The position numbers and the translations under genes were made by a program. The notes below the pieces were generated by a model. It did not search any database. It had not been told where the DNA came from and saw nothing but the letters and a program-made list of their open reading frames with translations. From Octopus bimaculoides (taxonomy: Eukaryota), in the NCBI RefSeq assembly GCF_001194135.2, contig NC_068996.1, forward strand, positions 49,888,309 to 49,952,041: a DNA stretch of 63,733 nucleotides, read 5' to 3'. This document shows positions 38,723-52,514 of this stretch, one piece after another. Numbering within the stretch: position 1 is the first letter of the stretch; each line of letters starts with the position of its first letter.

Positions 38723-39085
38723 CAGAGGTTGAATAAAATAATGGAAACACCACTTTATATTTAACCATGTTTTTTTTCTTTTGCCATTTCTAAGTCTTTA
38801 TACATGTGTTCAAAGCCTATCTGATTTCCAAAGAGGACAAATTGTTGGAGTATGCATGGCTGGAGATTCAGTCACTAAAATTGCTGAATTATTCAATGTT
38901 TCAAGAGAAACAGTCTCTAAAATCATACTGGTATTCCAAAAGCAAGGCTAAAACCAACTCTTGTAAGCATAATTCTCGACAGAATGTAAAGCTTACAAAG
39001 AAGGATTTAGAACAGTGAAATTTATTGTATGTAAAAAGTATTGAGTTCTGACAGTAAAAATAACCAAAAGCATTCATTGTGTGCT
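38723..39085 (+). mobile_element. Tc1 transposon 5' remnant
   Basis: TIR-like CAGAGGTTGAATAAAATAATGGAAACACC and HTH peptide LSDFQRGQIVGVCMAGDSVTKIAELFNVSRETVSKII. Confidence 0.85.
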
Positions 39086-39213
39086 TAATAATGCTAGATA
39101 CCATGGGTAAGCTGGAGGACCTTTGCTGCCCTCCATCAACACAGATAAGTGGTAAAAATAGTGTCTTGATCATCCGAAGTGATCATTGGAACAGTGTCGA
39201 CTCTGATAAATTA

Positions 39214-41530
39214 CACTGGATAACAAAGACTTAGCTAAAAGCAGGTGTTTTAAACTAAACCAAGGCTGCTGATTCCGAATCTGCACTCAGAATTGTTCTA
39301 GCATGTCAGGAGTTTGAGTTATGTGCATGTGCAAGATTATAACTATACTTTTGGCTAGATATAGGCTGTATTATAAAATTTGCTAAAATGAAAGCGGTCT
39401 TAATTGGAAATTAAAGAAATAACAGCAATAAAACAAATTATGATGTATTGTGTGCAAAGCCAAATATGTCAGTTTGTTCTTGGTAACTCTCAGTGTCGTT
39501 TGCACTGCCGTCACGTGTGGTATGTGTATCTCTTGCACTGCATGATTACTATTTTAACAGTGTTCATTGTGTTAGATCATGAATAGGAGAGACTGTGTGA
39601 ATCACCCAGACAACTTTTGTTATGTCTGTGAAAAATTTGCTCCACATGACCAGCAGAGGAACATTGCCACCAAATTAAAAATTGCCTATAAATATTATTT
39701 CGGGTGTTGGGGACCAAGACAAGAGGTGGGCACTTCATATATGCTGCACTGTGTGCTACTCAGGGCTTACACAGTGGCTGAATGAAAAATGGAAGGGAAT
39801 GTCTTTTGCTGTACCAATGGTTTGGTAGGAGCCAACCAATCATGTCTCTGATTGTTACCTTTGCATAACTAATATTAGTGATTTTTCAAATTAGACCAAA
39901 GCAAAAATTGTGTATGCAGATTGTAAATTGGCCCTAAAACTAGTCCCACATGACTTCTAGAACCCTGTCCCAGCTCCCCTCTCACATAATTCACTGGAAG
40001 ACCTTAACACGTCGCATGATGAAGCCCCTGAATCTACTATCAATGAAGAGTCCATAGGTGATTCTAAAAAAAATGAGCCAGGCTAGTTTAATCAAGAAGA
40101 TTTGAATGTTTTAGTAAGAGACCTAGCATTGTCAAAGGAGAGGGCCAAAGTTTTGGGATCCAAACTACAACAATGGAATCTCCTACAGCAAGGTATGAAC
40201 ATTTCCATTCTCTGTTCTTGCCATAAAAGTTTATCTGTCTTTTTCAAGCAAGAAAACAATGCTTGCTTTTGTACTGATGTTAATGCACTCATGCAAAAAC
40301 TAGAACACGTGCATGTTGCTAATCGATGGAGATTGTTTATAGACTCAAGTAAGGTTAGCCTCAAAGCTGTGTTGTCACATAATGGTAATGAAAAACCTTC
40401 CATTCTTGTGGGTCATGTTGTTGGTATAGAAGAAACTTATGAATCGATGGAACTCTTTCTGAAAGGAGTTAATTACTCAGTTCATAAGTGGAAGTGGAGG
40501 CACGTGGCTTAGTGGTTAGGGTGTCAGCATCATGATTGTAAGATTGTGGTTTTGATTCCTGGACCGGGCGACGCGTTGTGTTCTTGAGCAAAACACTTCA
40601 TTTCACATTGCTGCAGTCTACTCAGCTCGCAAAAATGAGTAACGCTGCGATGGACTGGCATCCTGTCCAGCTGGGGAACACATACGCCATTGAAACCAGG
40701 AAACCGGGCCCATGAGCCTGGTTAGGCTTTAAAAGGGCGCATTTATTTATTTTTATTTTCATAAGTGGAATATTTGTGGTGATTTAAAGGTGATTTCCCT
40801 CCTCCTAGGATTACAGCTTGGATATACCAAAAAACATGTGCTTCTTGTGTGTTTGGAACAGCTGTGATGATAGCAATCATTACACTGTAAAAGACTGGCC
40901 TAAAAGAGATGAGCGCATAGTTGGTCAGTACAATGTGCAGCATATGCCACTGGTAGACCCATAAAAGATCTTCCTTCCACCCATTCACATCAAACTCAAC
41001 CTCATGAAAAACTTTGTAAAAGAATGACATATGATGGTTGTGGCTTCCAGTACCTAAAAGTAAAATTTGGGGCAGAGAAAAGAGACGCAAAACTGAAAGC
41101 AGGCATTTTCATTGGACCTGAGATCAGAGAATTGATATCTGATAGCAAATTCAAAGGTAAACTGAATCCAGATGAGCTGATGGCATGGGATTCATTTGTG
41201 TTAGTTATACAGAACTTTCTTGGAAATCATAGAGCTGAAAACTATGCTGATTTAATAAATAACATGCTAACAGCGTATGAAAGAATGAGATGCCAAATGT
41301 CTCTTAAAATACACTTCTTGCATTCTCATCTTGATTTTTTTCCAACGAATCTTGGTACCCTTAGTAATGAGCATGGTGAGAGGTTCCACCAGGACATATC
41401 TGAGATGGAAACAAGGTATCAAGGCTGATTCAATGCACACATGATGGGTGTCTACTGCTGGTTTCTACAATGAGAGACCAGCACGACGCATAAGTGCTAG
41501 AGCAAATATCTCAAACATTTCTGAGTTGAG
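39214..41530 (+). mobile_element. Decayed DNA transposon, probably Chapaev3/CMC-type transposase pseudogene
   Basis: CACTGG 5' end. Peptides CVNHPDNFCYVC, FAVPMVW*EP, DLNVLVRDLALSKE, WRLFIDSSKVSLKAVLSHNGN, WNICGDLKV, FLPPIHIKL, MSLKIHFLHSHLDFFP and HGERFHQDI..ME.RYQG, with stops and frameshifts. Superfamily assignment is from recall. Confidence 0.8.
40494..40757 (+). mobile_element. Full-length tRNA-derived SINE inserted in the transposase
   Basis: 13-bp TSD TTCATAAGTGGAA at 40481-40493 and 40758-40770. Removing it restores HKW-NICGDLK. Confidence 0.92.
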
Positions 41531-43608
41531 AATATCAAAAACAAAGTGAGTATTCTCTTGTTGTTGTTTAACCTCAGGTCATCTTTCATCAAAGCATTCC
41601 AGCCATGGTCATCAAGTCTTTTCTCTATGTGCACAGAACCTGGAACCACGTTATCCAATGTGTTTTTCATTCTTTCATGATTGGTAAAATAAAGTACCTG
41701 TCCCAACTGGGTACTCTATTTCTGGTGCATTCAATATGATGCTTTATAGTACTTGTTCAGGCTTGTGATGTTCTGTGTACCCAGCTGGGTATGGTGAACC
41801 TGTCTGTATCTAGCTGGACAGTAGATCATCATCATCATCACCATCATCATTTAATGTTCTCCTTCCATGCTGACATGAGTTGCAGAAGACTGCACCAGGC
41901 TTCAGTGTCTGTTTTGACACAGTTTTTACAGCTGGATGTCCTTCCTAACACCAACCACCTAGCAGAGTGGACAGAATGCTTTTTATGTGACACCAGCACA
42001 GGTGGGGTTGGTTTCAGCATGGTTTTTACAGCTGGATGCCCTTCCAAATGCCAACCACTTTACAGTGTGGACTGGATGCTTTTTATGTGGTACCTGCACT
42101 GGAACGGTCACCAATTAACTTGCAAGACAAAGATCCTTTGAGAGGAGGTGGGGGGCATTGGAGGAGAAAGACAAAGATCCTTTGAGAGGAAGTGGGGGAA
42201 TTAGAAGAGGTGATCTTAGGCTTATAACCAACACAGAATGACAACTTCAAGTTGGATCTCAATATACAAAGTATTCAGCAGCCCAAAACAACCAACATAT
42301 GTGACCTGTTATCCTAACTTTAAATAAGAACTGACTCAAACTGGGAGACGACATGTCTAAGTCATACAAGTACAATAAAGCAGATGAATTATGATGATAA
42401 TGATGATGATGACAATGGTGTTGATGATGAGAACAGTGATGACAACAACAATGATGATAACCACATCTCTTTTCCGTAGGTACTGTTACTTGAAGACCAA
42501 GTATATGTGACCATCTCTTCTTAATTCTTGGTTGGTTTCATCATTAATCATAAGAAAAGTCATTGACAATCGATGAAGAGATATCATCAACAACCAAGAT
42601 GAATTGCTCTAAGTTGTAAGTGAAATTAAAGACATTTGTTACCAGTTCTTCTGATAAAGGGCCACCCTGTTCAAACTGTCAGCCCTTCCCTTTTTATTCA
42701 CCTGGAAAAAACTAAATTAGTTTACTTTGCAAACTGTTTGTCATCATCATCATCCTCATCGTCATCATCATCATCATCAACATCATTGTGCATTGGTTTT
42801 TCCATGGCAGTACGAGTTGGGCAAGTTTCATACTTGTTTTATACGTGTTGCCCTCATACATGGGTTGAGTACCAAGACTTGCTCGTATGTTTCATTTTTA
42901 GCATGGTTTCTGTGGCAGGATACCATTTCTACTGTGTCAGCCACTAGACAGAGTGTAGTTTTACTAGGTTCATTTTATTAAGGCACCTGCATAAGAGAGG
43001 TTGCCTTATTTCTGGCAGGCTTAAAAAGGATCCTTTCTATCCTTTGATGTCACTGTTCATTCAAAGCAACATTACTGTGAGGTTTGTCCTTATAGCAAAC
43101 TGTGAAATCTGAAGAAACTGGCTGACACAGATGATCACCAAGCAGATCTGCGATCAAAGCAGTTTCAGACATGAACATCCCATCCTTTTTGTAAAGTCAT
43201 AGTTCATAGTATATCTGAAACCTCATTCTGCACTATGTTCTTCCGTTTTGTTTTATGATAATATGATATAACATGAGAGATAATTAGCTTCAATTTATTG
43301 CAAGTCAAAAGGCAAATTGGCAGAATTTTAAGAGCAACAGGCAATGAATATAATTTAAGTTTGCACATTTTGTTTATTCAGAACCTGTGTTGCCTTGGTA
43401 TTCGAGTAATTACCATTGAGCCACCAATCATTATGCAAATGAGTTATGTCAATGAAAGGCGCTGACTTGATAGAATTGTTAGAGTATTTGGTGTGATGTC
43501 TTGCATCATTTGTTTTGACTCTCTGCGCTCCATGTTCATATTAGGTCAGCTTTGCCTTTCATCAGTTTGAAATCAACAAATGAAGTATCAGTCAAGTTCT
43601 GGAACCAC

Positions 43609-43663
<55 letters not shown>

Positions 43664-46343
43664 TTACTCTTCCCCCCATTTCTCTCTTTAAAATGGTACC
43701 TTGTTGTGGTGCAGAACACTGACAGAAGCAGTTATAGACTCTGTAGTTCTGTTGTGTTACATTAGATTTAGCAAATCAAAGTGCACTACATGTTCACATA
43801 TGACAGGAATGTGAGGACGTATGGCCAAATGGTTAGGCTGTCAGACTTGCGATCATAAGATGAGGAGGTTCAATTCTCTGACCAGCTAAAACATTGTGTC
43901 CTTGAGCAAAGTGCTTTAATTTTTTTGTTGCTCTAGGCCATAAGCTGAAAAATGAAATTACCTACTGCAGAATGGTATCTCACAGTCTGTTAGCCTTAAA
44001 ATTTTACAAATAGCTAGTTGTAAAATGCCAAGAAGAGATCAGAGTAGTAATTATACTAACAAGTAAAGTAATTTGCCACAAGCTATTTTGCTTGTTGCAA
44101 ATCAGTGTTGATAATGATATATAGTTCACGGGGAGGAACAATGACATGAAGTTGTTGTGCAAGCCCTTGGCTGTCAGATAGATTATGGATGAAAAGAGGG
44201 GGCTGGTGTGTTGAGTGGGGCCAGGTGGAAGTAGTTAACTACTTGTATAATTAGCTTATTTGGTGAAGCACTGGTCCTTGTAACTGCAACAGAAGAGGCA
44301 GAGGAGACAGCATAGCCAGAAAGGGACACGTAGGAGCAGTCACTTCTCAATACAGGTGGATGCAGTGCAAAATTTCCCCTGTATATGATGCCTATTAATA
44401 TATGGAGTGGAGGGGAGGCACCGAGTGTAAGTTTTACCTCTAGTTGTTGAGTACCTTTACAACACCACAACATGTCTAAGGAACAGAGGTTGCATTCTGT
44501 TAGTGAATGAGTCCTTGCCAAACAATGGAGTGGCTTTCATTTAGATACAGTGTAGGATATTTGCAGTAATAGTGGCACTGTCCAGAGGTTTGTGTGGGGG
44601 TCAGAAGTTGGCCAGTGCCATATTTTATGACCATGAAGTGTAAGGCTTTTCTTAGGGGTACAAATTTTTGGCTATGAAGGCTTTTAGTTACATGTTGGCC
44701 AAGATAATGGTGTATGAGGTACAACATTGCTTCCTTGATATGACAAGTGACGGGAGTTTATTATTTACTGTTGAAAGAGATAAAGTTATTATACTTACAT
44801 TTGTGAATGTTTTTGATGTGGGCTTGACATGTAATGTCTAGGCAGCATGCAGATGACGCCTTTGTATTTTGGAGGTCAAGGGAAGGTGAAGAGTGATGTT
44901 GTCTGTATTTGGGGGTGACTACTGCATGAGTTGACAGCAAGCAGGTAACAAGAAGAGGGTGGTGTAAAAAAATTGATAAACATAACTGAGAGTTGAAATA
45001 TTGAAATATGTTTGTACTGTCAGCCTATTCGACCTGTCTCCCTTTTTGTACCAGACCAGATGATACATAAACATACATTTAAAATACCCACATTGAAATT
45101 AAAACTGCCAATGATAATTTCATATAAAAAAAAATTTGTTAAATTGTGTTTCAAATAACAGCTTAATAATGGCTTCAAATTTTAGCACAAAGGCAGCAAA
45201 GTTCAGCGGGTCGGGGTAAGACCAGTGCTCAAACGGTATTCTTTTATTCTTTTACTTGTTTCTGTCATTTGGTTGTGGCCATGCTGGGGCACCACCTTTA
45301 GTTAAGCAAATTAACCCCAGGACTATTCTTTGTAAGCCTAGTACTTATTCTATCGGTCTCTTCTGTTGAACTGCTAAGTTACAGGGATGTAAATGCACCA
45401 GCATTGATTGTCATGTGATGCTGGTGGGGGACAAACACAAATACACAAACATACACACACACATACAACAGGCTTCTTTCAGTTTCCATCTACCCAATCC
45501 ACTCACAAGGCTTTGGTTGGCCTGAGGCTTTAGAAGAAGACTGTTGCCCAAAGTGCCACACAGTGGGACTGAACCTGGAACCATGTGGTTGGTAAGCAAG
45601 CTACTTACCACACAGCCACTCCTGGTACTTCATTTCAGATGGTTTGACTGAAGACTAGCAAGCCAGAAGGCTGCACCAGGCTCCAATCTGATCTAGCAAT
45701 ATTTCTACAGCTAGATGCCCTTCCTAACGCCAACCACTCTGAGAGTGTAGCGGGTGCTTTTTATGTGCCACCGGCACAGGAGCCAGTCAGGTGGGCCTGG
45801 CATCGGCCACGTTTGGATGGTGCTTTTTACATGACACCAGCATGGAGAGCCAGTCAGGCAGCACTGGCATCACCCACAACTACAATTAGGTGATGATAAA
45901 CTAGTCTTTGTTGCTTTGTTAATAAAAAGGATACTAAAATAATCAAAATACTAATGAACATGTATGATACTATTGATAGATTATTTTTTATAATAATGTT
46001 TTTGGATTCAGTCCCACTGCATGGCACCTTGAGCAAGTGTCTTCTGCTACAACTCTGGGCTGACTAAAACCTTGCGTGTGTGGATTTTGGAATAAGTTTG
46101 TGTCCTCTTGCCTTCTCGACATCACATGATAACTGGAGACAAGCATCACTGTCATACAAGTTGTGTTTTTCATTTTCAATCTTCAGTGTGTAAACATGTT
46201 TTAACCATGGATGGGGAAATATTACTTTTCTTCAAAACAAGAGAGGGTTGGTGGAAGGGCATTCATGTAGAGAAAATGTGCCTCAGCGAATTCTGTCTGA
46301 CCCATGCAAGCATGGAAAAGTGGACTGTAAAGTGATGAATACA

Positions 46344-46395
<52 letters not shown>

Positions 46396-46933
46396 AGTGT
46401 ATGGTAGTGGGAGCAGTGCCTGCAGAAGCAATGGCATTAGTAGCAGTGGTGGAGGGGTGGTGATGTGACACCTTTACTGCGTATCTAATTTTGATTGGGT
46501 TTCTTTGAAGTTTACCAATTTTTTTTACAGAAACTTTACTAAAAATGTTTTCCCCTAAAAAAAAAAAAAAAAAAATATTTTAATAAATCTAAATATTTGA
46601 TTCCAGTTCAGAAAATTAGCAGATTTACAAATATGAGTGACACTTAATAAAAGAAATATAAATTAAGAACAACAGCCACAAGCATGGTTGAGTGGTGAAG
46701 AAGACTGCTTCTAAACCAAGTAGGTACAGTGCAATGGGTATGTCTTCAACAATAGTCCCATGCCTACTAATGCTTTGTGAGTGAATTTGCTAGATGGAAA
46801 CTGTGCAAAAGCCTGTCATGTGTGTGCATTTGCATATGTATGTATGTATGTATGTATGTAAAAATTTGAAATGATAAAACATTAAAAAGACATACTAAAA
46901 TGCCACAAAAATATTACAAAGATTTAAAAGTTC

Positions 46934-47016
46934 CATCTATGGGCCATTTCAGAGACGTGCCAAGTAATATGATATATTTCATATTTTTAAAAATTGACAT
47001 TCCCCTCATCAGGATG
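46934..47016 (-). ncRNA. Type I hammerhead-like motif with complete core
   Basis: Stem I CATC/GATG; CTGATGA; stem II GGGGA/TCTCT with a long loop; GAAA; stem III ATGG-C-CCAT; AUA site. Confidence 0.7.
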
Positions 47017-47822
47017 TTTACACATAATGCAAAAAATAATGCATACCACTCACTTGCAGTGACTGGTATGTAATTGTATAATTTACATTTCTGTATNNNN
47101 NNNNNNNNNNNNNNNNNNNNNNNNNNNNNNNNNNNNNNNNNNNNNNNNNAGATGGAACTTTTAAATCTTTGTAATATTTTTGTGGCATTTTAGTACGTCT
47201 TTTTAATGTTTTATCCTATCAAATTTTTATTACACCAGTGTATTGTAACTTAAATTAAAAATTCACTGTGTTTTATGTATTATATCGATATTTATCCATT
47301 TATATTTGTATATATTTATATATTTTTATATTTATATATTTGGAATTTTTATATCGATTTTATTAACGTAGAAGAATATACATATATATTGGATTTTGTG
47401 TGTAGTTACTAATTATGTTCCTCTAGTTTCTGATTGCATTGCCTCCATTGAGATTATTAAACAGAATATAGCTCAATTGGAGCACTACAACTCCAGTCTG
47501 TATTTTATTTGCGAGTAATGTTAATATTAGCAATCTCAAAATAAAGCAATGTATTTTGTATGTATGTATGTACATATGTATGTATGTATGTATGCTCATG
47601 TCTGTGTATGCATCTTTGCACTTGGTGTTTGTCTCCTCTTACACTATTTGATAAGCAATGTTCATTTGTTTACATTCTCATAACTTAACAGTTCAACAAA
47701 CAAAAGCTAAATGGATAGAATAAAACCAGGTTTTAAAATATGCATCTATACTGAGGGTCGATTTGATAATCTAAACCCTTCAATGCATTTCTCCAGTACA
47801 ATCACAGTTCTATGACTGGAAC

Positions 47823-48495
47823 CAGAGGCATCGCCAGGTTTTGAAGTTAGTGGTAGCATATGAAAGAAGGTACCGTAACATATAGCAAATCACAGAATTT
47901 TCTCAGTGAACAGGTTGTGGTCTCAAAGCGACAAAAATATTTTGACAAATCAAATTTAAAATTTTAATCTTGAAGTGAAATTAATGGTTTTTGTGTGTTT
48001 TTAAATTGTTTATAAACACCTTCCATACTGCAATGGTTTTTGTTTCAGCACACAATCTCAGATTAGGTCACTTGCTATGCAAGTACATCTCTGTAATCTT
48101 TAACTCATTTTTCTTATATAGCATAAAATATTTCATTAGTTATAATAAACGTATTTGTATTCTACCAGGGGTGAACTGAGCCATCAGTCAATTGGGCACT
48201 GCCTGAGGGCCCGGAGCAGTCAGGGGCCCGCACTCTACATGTTAACTCTATTGATATCAATGCTAAGGGGCCTGGTAAACAGTTACACCAGGGGGCCCTT
48301 AATACTCTCAGTCCACCCCTCTATTCTACATTCCTTAGTTTCATGTTTCAGTAACAATGTCATTATGTATGAAACTTATAATGACTGATATAGCTAACTG
48401 AAGATTTAAAAATATTGTTGAGGCGGCACCAGTTTTGAAAATGTACTGAGAGGGTAGCAGTCACTCCCCCTGCTCCCCTATTAGCTACACCACTG
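47823..48495. mobile_element. Non-autonomous hAT-type element
   Basis: Degenerate TIRs CAGAGGCATCGC/GCTACACCACTG and perfect 8-bp TSD ACTGGAAC (47815-47822, 48496-48503). Confidence 0.8.
48166..48321. mobile_element. hAT MITE nested in the previous element
   Basis: TIRs CAGGGGTGAACTGAG/CTCAGTCCACCCCTC and perfect 8-bp TSD TATTCTAC. Confidence 0.85.
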
Positions 48496-48609
48496 ACTGG
48501 AACCAGCAAAAGTGTAAATGAGTGAAAAGATATGTAAAATCCATGTTGGAGAAATTCAGTTTGTTTAATTAAAAAAAGAAATTTTCTTCAAAACTCTTCC
48601 TCTGCAAAC

Positions 48610-48708
<99 letters not shown>

Positions 48709-51287
48709 AGAACAGATAAGAGAAAAATGAGTGAGAGAGAAAGTTGATCCACAGAAGACCTGGCTAAGATTAGATGTTATTAAAGAAGCAATAATCATTG
48801 CAGATATACACCATGTGTCTATATACCATTACTGTGTACGGTAGATTGGTAATCTATTGAAACTGTTTTTGGTATATCACTGAAGGTTTTCAACATCATT
48901 TAATCTAAGACATGTTAGCTTGGTTGCTGCCATTGTTTTTCAAAGCAAAAATCCATGGAAATATTTGAATCATCATCACAAACTAATGAATCATTTGTAA
49001 AACTTTATGCTACCAGGTTCTTACTGGAGTATACTGTGCTCCACGCTGTAAGAATCTTATTACTGCCAAGTTGACTCAGCATAAAGCAATCTTGAAGATA
49101 TTCATATATAAGCAACACTGTTTCAGTCAATAAACTTGACTCTTTAGCATTTAAACTGGCTGCGTCTTGTCCAGTTATTATATCTGTCTTATGCTGAAAT
49201 TTGCCAGATTCAGCCTCTCACACCTACCATACAATGTCATTCTGAAAATACATCATTGAAATCCTAAAGCCATGAGGTAATGTATAATTAATTCAAAACA
49301 ATGTGAATAAATAAGATGATTTACTAAAGGGTTAAAGCAAATCATTCAGATGTTAGTGTTAAACCTTTGGAGATGCGGCCTCATTTGAAGTTTCAGAGCC
49401 CAGAAGATGGAGCCCTTTTCACAAGCCCTACAGAAGGCATGCACTTATTTTTCAAAGAAATTTTATAAGAAATAAAGTAATTACTTTACATGTATAAAAC
49501 TATATATATTCTTGTTGGAAATTGAATGAACTATTACAATCTTCATCATTCAACTTTTCAGCCGATACATCGGCTCTGTCATCTCCTTAGGGGTTAAAAA
49601 CCACCAGGAAAGAAATATCAATTAACACTTTACCATTTAAACCATCCATATCCAGCTCAAATATTCTATCAGTTTTATGTTCAAATTGGTCAGATCCTGC
49701 CTCTCACACCTACCCTACAATGTCATTCTAAAGATAAACAAGAGCACTCAGAGAGCGCAAACCTCTGCCAAGGCAACACCAATGTCCTCTCAACGATTAG
49801 CCAGAGATGATTGTTAAAATGAGAATATCTGAAATAACCTCAACTGCTCTCACAAATGTGAATACTAAAAATGAACCTGACCGCTCTCAAAAATTAAGTA
49901 AGAAAAAAAACAGAAAAATGATCCAGAATCCGTGTCCGGTACTGGATCAATCCCAAAATCCAATCAGTTCATGCCAGTCATGAGGCCAAACATCCCTGAA
50001 ATTTTAATCTGAATTCATCCAGTGGTTCAAGTTACAAGATAATGAATGAATGATTAATTGAAAACATTGTGGATAAACAAGCATTACATTTGACAGAATA
50101 ATCTGAATGCTGAAGGGTTAAAGTAGTTCATTGATAGCAATGTGACCTTGTAGTTAGAATGTTGCACTTGTGATTACAAGATTGTGGTTTCAATTCATGG
50201 ACTTAATGGTGCATTATGTTCATAAGTAAAACATTTCACTTATGCTCTGACTCTCAGGACTTGAGACAATAATAGTTGGGGAATCAGTGATGATGGCGCT
50301 CATAGTAATGATGAATTCCCCCCCAAAAATAGTATATAAAATCTTTTGAATTATCATGAATGGTACTAAATCTTAAGATTATATTTTTGGTTTTTACATA
50401 TGCACAGGCATAGGCATGGCTGTGAGGTAAGAATTTTGCTTCTCAACCACATGGTTCTCGTTTCAGACCCACTGCATGGCACCTTGGTCAAGTGTCTTCT
50501 ATTATAGCCAACCAAAGCCTGGTGAGCAGATTTGGTTGCTGGAAACTGAAAAAAGCCTGCTGTGTGTGTGTGTGTGTGTGTGTGGTGGAGTTGTCCTCCA
50601 CCACCACTTGACAACTGGTATTTGTGTGTTTATGTCCATATAACTTAGCAATTTGGCAAAAGAGACTGATAGAATAAGTACCAGGCTTTAAAAAAAGCAC
50701 TAATATTGAATCATTCAACTAAAATTCTTCAAGGCAGTGCCCCAGAATGGCCACAGTCAAGTGACTGAAACAAGTAAAAGATAAAAGATATACTGGGATT
50801 GATTTGTTCAACTAAAACCCTTCAAGGTGGTGCCCCAGCATGGCCACAGTGCAATGACTGAAACAAGTAAAAGATACACTGTATTGCCCTTATTTAAATT
50901 GATTTAGAAAATCATGAAAAATTTAGTAAAATAATTTAGTAAAATTATTAACTTGGAATCTGAAACATAAATTACTATGAAATTTTGATGGAAGAGTTTA
51001 ATCTAAATCCCTTTAAAATAGAGAAGTTTGTATCAGAACTAGGGGTGGTTCCCTGATCACCATTGGGCATCTTATTTTTATGTGTTCAGAGTACCAGATT
51101 GGTTCTTTTGGGTAATTACTCTTGGTTTAGAGAAAAAAAAGGCTTCATAATTTGTATTCAGTCTAATATTTATTTCTTTATTGCCCACAGGGGGGCTAAA
51201 CGTAGAGGAGACAAACAAGAACAGACAAAAGTATTAAGTCAATTACATCGACTCCAGTGCGTAACTGTATGTTTATGTATGTATGTA

Positions 51288-51319
<32 letters not shown>

Positions 51320-52422
51320 AAATGTATGTGTGCATGTGTGACTTTTGTGTCTGTCTTTGTCCCATCCACTACTTGGCAACCAGTGTTGGTTTGTTTACAT
51401 ATCCATAACTTAGAAGTTCAGCAAAAGAAAACCCATAAAAGAAGTTACAGACTATAAAACAAAATAAGTACTGGGACGGATTTGTTCAACTAAAATCCTT
51501 CAAGGTGGTGCCCCAGCATGGTCACAGTCCATTGAGTGAAACAAGTAAAAGATAAAAGATATACTGGGATTGNNNNNNNNNNNNNNNNNNNNNNNNNNNN
51601 NNNNNNNNNNNNNNNNNNNNNNNNNNNNNNNNNNNNNNNNNNNNNNNNNNNNNNNNNNNNNNNNNNNNNNNNGCATGGCCACAGTCCAATGAGTGAAACA
51701 AGTAAAAGATAAAAGATATCTGTTTGTCTCTTCTTTTACTTGTTTCAGTCATTAGACTATGGCCATGCTGGGGCACAGCCTAGAAGAATTTTTGTCAAAG
51801 AAATTGACTCACTTTTTATTTTTTTTAAAGCTGAACCACTAAGTTACAGGGATGTACACACACCAACACCTGTTGACAAGCTGTACTGGAAAGAAACAAA
51901 CACACACGTACACACAACAGGATTCTCTCTGTGTTTGTCTACCAGATCCACTCACAAGGTTTTGGTTGGCCTGAGGCTATAGTATAAGACACATACCAAA
52001 GGTACCATACAGTAGGACTGAACCTAGAACTATGTGATTAAAAAACTAGCTTCTTATCATATAGTCACGCCTGCCCCTATAAACATGATGTTTTTTTTAA
52101 TAGCCAGAAAAATTATAAGTTCCAGTAACAATTCATCCTAAGAACTGAGTGTATTTTTTAAAAACCCCAACAAAGAGAAAACTGAAATGGAACGGAGAGA
52201 TATATCATCTGTAATGGTTCTACAATGATCTTATAAATGGTAAAATTTTAAGACACGTCTTTCTAAATACCTAAAAGTTTTTATGAATGTAAAACGTAAA
52301 CATCACTTAATAAAATGCTTATTTCTAGAAATGCTACTTATTAATGGATTTTCCCTCTTTTTTCTTTTAATTGTTGATCCTTTAATTATTTATTTATTTT
52401 ATTATTATTAATATTATTATTA

Positions 52423-52460
<38 letters not shown>

Positions 52461-52480
52461 TCTACTACTACTATTACTAC

Positions 52481-52514
<34 letters not shown>

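Noticed and set aside
41650-41660. GTTATCCAATG as the right TIR of the 39214 transposon
   Set aside because: Only 10 of 11 bases match and the match does not extend; insufficient.
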